DNA of 64,000 nt from Macrostomum lignano (taxonomy: Eukaryota): assembly GCA_002269645.1 (NCBI GenBank), contig NIVC01001346.1, forward strand, positions 1-64,000, in the 5' to 3' direction. Shown here one piece after another: positions 59,729 to 64,000 of the stretch; positions within the stretch are counted from its first letter, which is position 1, and every line of letters starts with the position of its first letter. Below the pieces are notes generated by a model that saw only the letters and a program-made list of their open reading frames with translations, was not told the DNA's origin and did no database searches. Made by a program: the position numbers and the translations under genes.

Positions 59729-60398
59729 ATGCATAGCCTGAGTCTTCTCCTGCTGCTGTTTTCGACATGGCCACAGCTACTGCCAGCGGCTCCGGCCTTG
59801 ACAACGCCGTCAGCATCAATCAGTGAGCAGGCGGCACCTGCAGCTACTCAAAAACAGTCTCCGGCCATCGCTTTTGCCGCACTTGGCGGTGACTGTCCGG
59901 CGAAAGTCCGGCCGCCCGATTGCGCCGAGGGTTTCGGCCTGACGCTGCTGCCGCCGACCGGTTGTCCGCTGTACCGCTGCGAAGCAGCCGCTGCTGCCAG
60001 ACTGTCCGATGATTCCTCCGAGGAGCGCCAATCGGAGACTACGGATCAGATTACTGGTTGTCCGGAACCGGCCAGCCTCTCGTCGGCCACCTGTCCGGGC
60101 TCTCAGGTAGTCAAAACCGTGCTTGAACGCCGGAGACCCGGCTGGTGTCAGAGCCGGCGCTGCGCCTGTCCGGATCCGGACGAAGCGGCGACTGCCTGCA
60201 TGGCGGACGGCCGCACCGAGCCGGTGTTCGCTGTTGAGAAGCCCACCGGCTGCCGCCTGCTGGTCGAGTGCCGCCTGCGGAGCCGCCTTCGACGAACAAG
60301 CCGCTGCCCGCCGCCGCCCGTTTGCGGGCCCGACGTGGCGCCGGAGCGGCTGATCCGGGACTCCGGGGCCGACTGCCCGGTGTACAGCTGCCCGATGG
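59729..60398 (+). CDS. Secreted Cys/Pro-rich protein, exon 1
   Basis: Signal peptide MHSLSLLLLLFSTWPQLLPAA, repeated C-P..C..GCPxYxC modules, phase-1 GTGAGG donor. Confidence 0.75.
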
Positions 60399-60549
60399 GT
60401 GAGGATTCCTCTGCATTGTGAAAGTTAAGCAGATTTGGCTCCGGTTAGTATCTAGTTGCGCGGCTGAGAATAGGCTTGCGTAGATTTTTCATGCGGCCAC
60501 CGTGAGAGCTTAGTGGCAAATTAAACAGGCTATTCTTATTGTATTCCTC

Positions 60550-62582
60550 GATCTTATCCCATCCTATCCGATTCTATCCCATCCTATCCGATTCTATCCC
60601 ATCCTATCCGATTCTATCCCATCCTATCCGATTCTATCCCATCCTATCCGATTCTATCCCATCCTATCCGATTTAATCCTATCCTATCCGATTCTATCCT
60701 ATCCTATCCGATTCTATCCCATCCTATCCGATTCTATCCCATCCTATCCGATTCTATCCATCCTATCCGATTCTATCCTATCCTATCCGATTCTATCCCA
60801 TCCTATCCGATTCTATCCCATCCTATCCGATTCTATCCCATCCTATCCGATTCTATCCATCCTATCCGATTCTATCCATCCTATCCGATTTAATCCTATC
60901 CTATCCGATTCTATCCTATCCTATCCGATTCTATCCCATCCTATCCGATTCTATCCCATCCTATCCGATTCTATCCTATCCTATCCGATTCTATCCATCC
61001 TATTCGATTCTATCCATCCTATCCGATTCTATCCTATCCTATCCGATTCTATTCATCCTATCCGATTCTATCCTATCCTATCCGATTCTATCCTATCCTA
61101 TCCGATTCTATCCCATCCTATCCGATTCTATCCATCCTATCCGATTTAATCCCATCCTATCCGATTCTATCCCATCCTATCCGTTTCTATCCATCCTATC
61201 CGGTTCTATCCCATCCTATCCGATTCTATCCATCCTATCCGATTTAATCCTATCCTATCCGATTCTATCCATCCTATCCGATTCTATCCATCTTATCCGA
61301 TATAATCCTATCCTATCCGATTCTATCCATCCTATCCGATTCTATCCCATCCTATCCGATTCTATCCCATCCTATCCGATTCTATCCATCCTATTCGATT
61401 CTATCCATCCTATCCGATTCTATCCTATCCTATCCGATTCTATCCATCCTATCCGATTCTATCCTATCCTATCCGATTCTATCCTATCCTATCCGATTCT
61501 ATCCCATCCTATCCGATTCTATCCATCCTATCCGATTTAATCCCATCCTATCCGTTTCTATCCATCCTATCCGATTCTATCCCATCCTATCCGATTCTAT
61601 CCATCCTATCCGATTTAATCCTATCCTATCCGATTCTATCCATCCTATCCGATTCTATCCATCTTATCCGATTTAATCCTATCCTATCCGATTCTATCCA
61701 TCCTATCCGATTCTATCCATCCTATCCGATTTAATCCTATCCTATCCGATTCTATCCCATCCTATCCGATTCTATCCATCCTATCCGATTCTATCCCATC
61801 CTATCCGATTTAATCCTATCCTATCCGATTCTATCCATCCTATCCGATTCTATCCCATCCTATCCGATTTAATCCTATACTATCCGATTTAATCCTATAC
61901 TATCCGATTTAATCCTATACTATCCGATTTAATCCTATCATATCCGATTCTATCCATCCTATCCGATTCTATCCCATCCTATCCGATTTAATCCTATCCT
62001 ATCCGATTCTATCCATCCTATCCGATTCTATCCCATCCTATCCGATTTAATCCTATCCTATCCGATTCTATCCTATCATATCCGATTCTATCCATCCTAT
62101 CCGATTCTATCCCATCCTATCCGATTTAATCCTATCCTATCCGATTCTATCCCATCCTATCCGATTTAATCCTATCCTATCCGATTTAATCCTATCCTAT
62201 CCGATTCTATCCATCCTATCCGATTCTATCCCATCCTATCCGATTTAATCCTATCCTATCCGATTCTATCCTATCCTATCCGATTCTATCCCATCCTATC
62301 CGATTCTATCCCATCCTATCCGATTTAATCCTATCCTATCCGATTCTATCCCATCCTATCCGATTCTATCCCATCCTATCCGATTCTATCCATCCTATCC
62401 GATTCTATCCCATCCTATCCGATTCTATCCCATCCTATCCGATTCTATCCCATCCTATCCGATTCTATCCCATCCTATCCGATTCTATCCCATCCTATCC
62501 GATTCTATCCCATCCTATCCGATTCTATCCCATCCTATCCGATTCTATCCCATCCTATCCGATTCTATCCCATCCTATCCCA
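60550..62582. repeat. 19-20-bp minisatellite (ATCCTATCCGATTCTATCCC), ~100 copies, filling the intron of the Cys-rich gene
   Basis: Direct reading. Confidence 0.97.
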
Positions 62583-62769
62583 TCTCATCCAATCCCATCC
62601 ATCTTATCTTATTCACTACTATCCCACACCATTTTATCTTCTTAAACTCCATCAATTCTATTCCATTTCATCTGATCCAATACAGCTCCCTCTTATCTTA
62701 CTCCGTCATACCTAAGCGCAAAAAAGTACAAATACAAGCGTAAAATTGGGTCACATCTCAATATTCCAG

Positions 62770-63323
62770 CAACGGCAGCGAATGCCACCAGCATGAGCAG
62801 CAACAGCACCCCCGAGGCAGCGATCTGCCCGCCAACAGTTCCAACTTGCCCGACTGGCACGGTAAGCGTTATCGTTGAACATGGCGCTGCCGCCGTCGAC
62901 TACATTGACGACTGCACGGCGGCGCAGCGCCAGACTGTCGTCTGCGAGCCGCTGCTGGCTCCGCTGACACCGACTCCGCCGCCGCCGTCGACTCCGACGC
63001 CGCCCGTAGCTCCGCCCTGCCCATCGGAGCCTCCGACGAGATGTCAGCCAGGCGAGCTGGCGTTGCCGCTGGTGTCGGCCCGCTGGCCCCGGTGGTGCCC
63101 CCCTCGGCTGGCCTGCCTGGCAGTCCGCGCGCCGCCCTGGCTGCCCGTCTGTCCTGGAGCGGCGAACCTCTGCCGCGGTGTCGTTGGCGGCGGCGGCCTG
63201 CGGACGGAACTGAGCGTCACAGAGTTTGGCATCCTCTGCGTTCAGTTGGTCTGCCAGCCAAGCTGGGAGGCAGCGGTTGACTCTTTGTACTTTTGGGGCC
63301 GGAGTGACGATGAAGTTAACTAG
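62770..63323 (+). CDS. Secreted Cys/Pro-rich protein, exon 2
   Basis: TTCCAG acceptor. The phase-1 join gives ...CPM-ATAANATSMSSNSTPEAAICPPTVPTCP...; total 407 aa. Confidence 0.7.
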
Positions 63324-63637
63324 CCTAAGAAATATTGAAATATACTGTGTAATACCAAAATGCAGAAATATACTTCTAGGAATTAGCAATGGTGCCAAAT
63401 CTTCACTTAATATACAATTCCATGTATATTTCTGATTTATTAAAAACATTTTGCCTTTTATTTTTGCAGTTTCATAAATTGTTGCCACTGCTAGGCTAAT
63501 TTGTATTAAGACTATGCACACGTGGACATAACACTGCTTCGAACAAATGCAGCTAACTAAAACGCTGAATTCCAATTTACTTTTTAATCTATAATTACTA
63601 GATACCGACAAACTCAAGTATTATCTGTGAATTCTTC

Positions 63638-64000
63638 CATCCCATCCCATTCCATCTCATCCCATCCCATCCCATCCCATCCCATCCCATCCCATCCCAT
63701 CCTATTCCATTCCACTCCCTCCCATCCCATCCCATCCCATCCAATCCCATCCCATCCCATCCCATCCAATCCCATCCCATCCCATCCCATCCCATCCCAT
63801 CCCATCCCATCCCATCCCATCCCATCCCATCCCATCCCATCCCATCCCATCCCATCCCATCCCATCAAATCCCATCCCATCCAATCTCATCCCATCCCAT
63901 CCCATCCTATCTCATCCCATCCCATCCCATCCTATTCCATTCCATTCCATTCCATTCCCTCCCATCCCATCCCATCCCATCCCATCTCATCCCATCCCAT
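63638..64000. repeat. (CCCAT)n microsatellite running off the window
   Basis: Direct reading. Confidence 0.97.

Noticed and set aside
4267-62582. CRISPR-like appearance of the 26-, 31-, 41- and 75-bp regular repeats
   Set aside because: Units are contiguous with no unique spacers, there are no cas genes, and the context is eukaryotic.
63638-64000. Telomeric repeat at the window end
   Set aside because: (CCCAT)n is not the TTAGGG-type motif and is degenerate; an ordinary microsatellite.

Overview
Eukaryotic, animal-type genomic DNA with spliceosomal introns, GC-rich exons and heavy satellite and transposon content. A lophotrochozoan such as a macrostomid flatworm is plausible from the tandem USP genes and the DFWDGRDG-type myosin light chain, but this is inference. 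From left to right: (1) the right arm of a Polinton/Maverick (adintovirus-like) endogenous virus at 1-4266, with an adenovirus pX-like gene, a retroviral-type integrase, a parvovirus-type PLA2, an orphan ORF, palindromes and a candidate terminus abutting a 26-bp satellite; (2) an IS630-Tc1-mariner transposon interrupted by a small insertion; (3) a 4-exon Y-box gene on the minus strand, whose 15.4-kb first intron holds nested satellites, an RTE-clade LINE, an EnSpm-like element, a structured 134-bp retroposon, a tRNA-SINE, a fold-back element and a MITE; (4) an orphan 4-TM gene and a putative secreted-protein gene; (5) a 9-exon XPR1/SYG1 phosphate exporter (minus strand, about 845 aa, polyQ tail), whose six large introns each carry their own satellite(s), one also holding a young Gypsy/Mag LTR element with identical LTRs; (6) two tandem universal stress protein genes, a myosin essential light chain, and a 2-exon secreted Cys/Pro-rich orphan. 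There is no CRISPR array and no rRNA or true tRNA gene. Many long ORFs in the supplied track are artefacts of reading through tandem repeats. All alignments were done by eye and no database searches were run.
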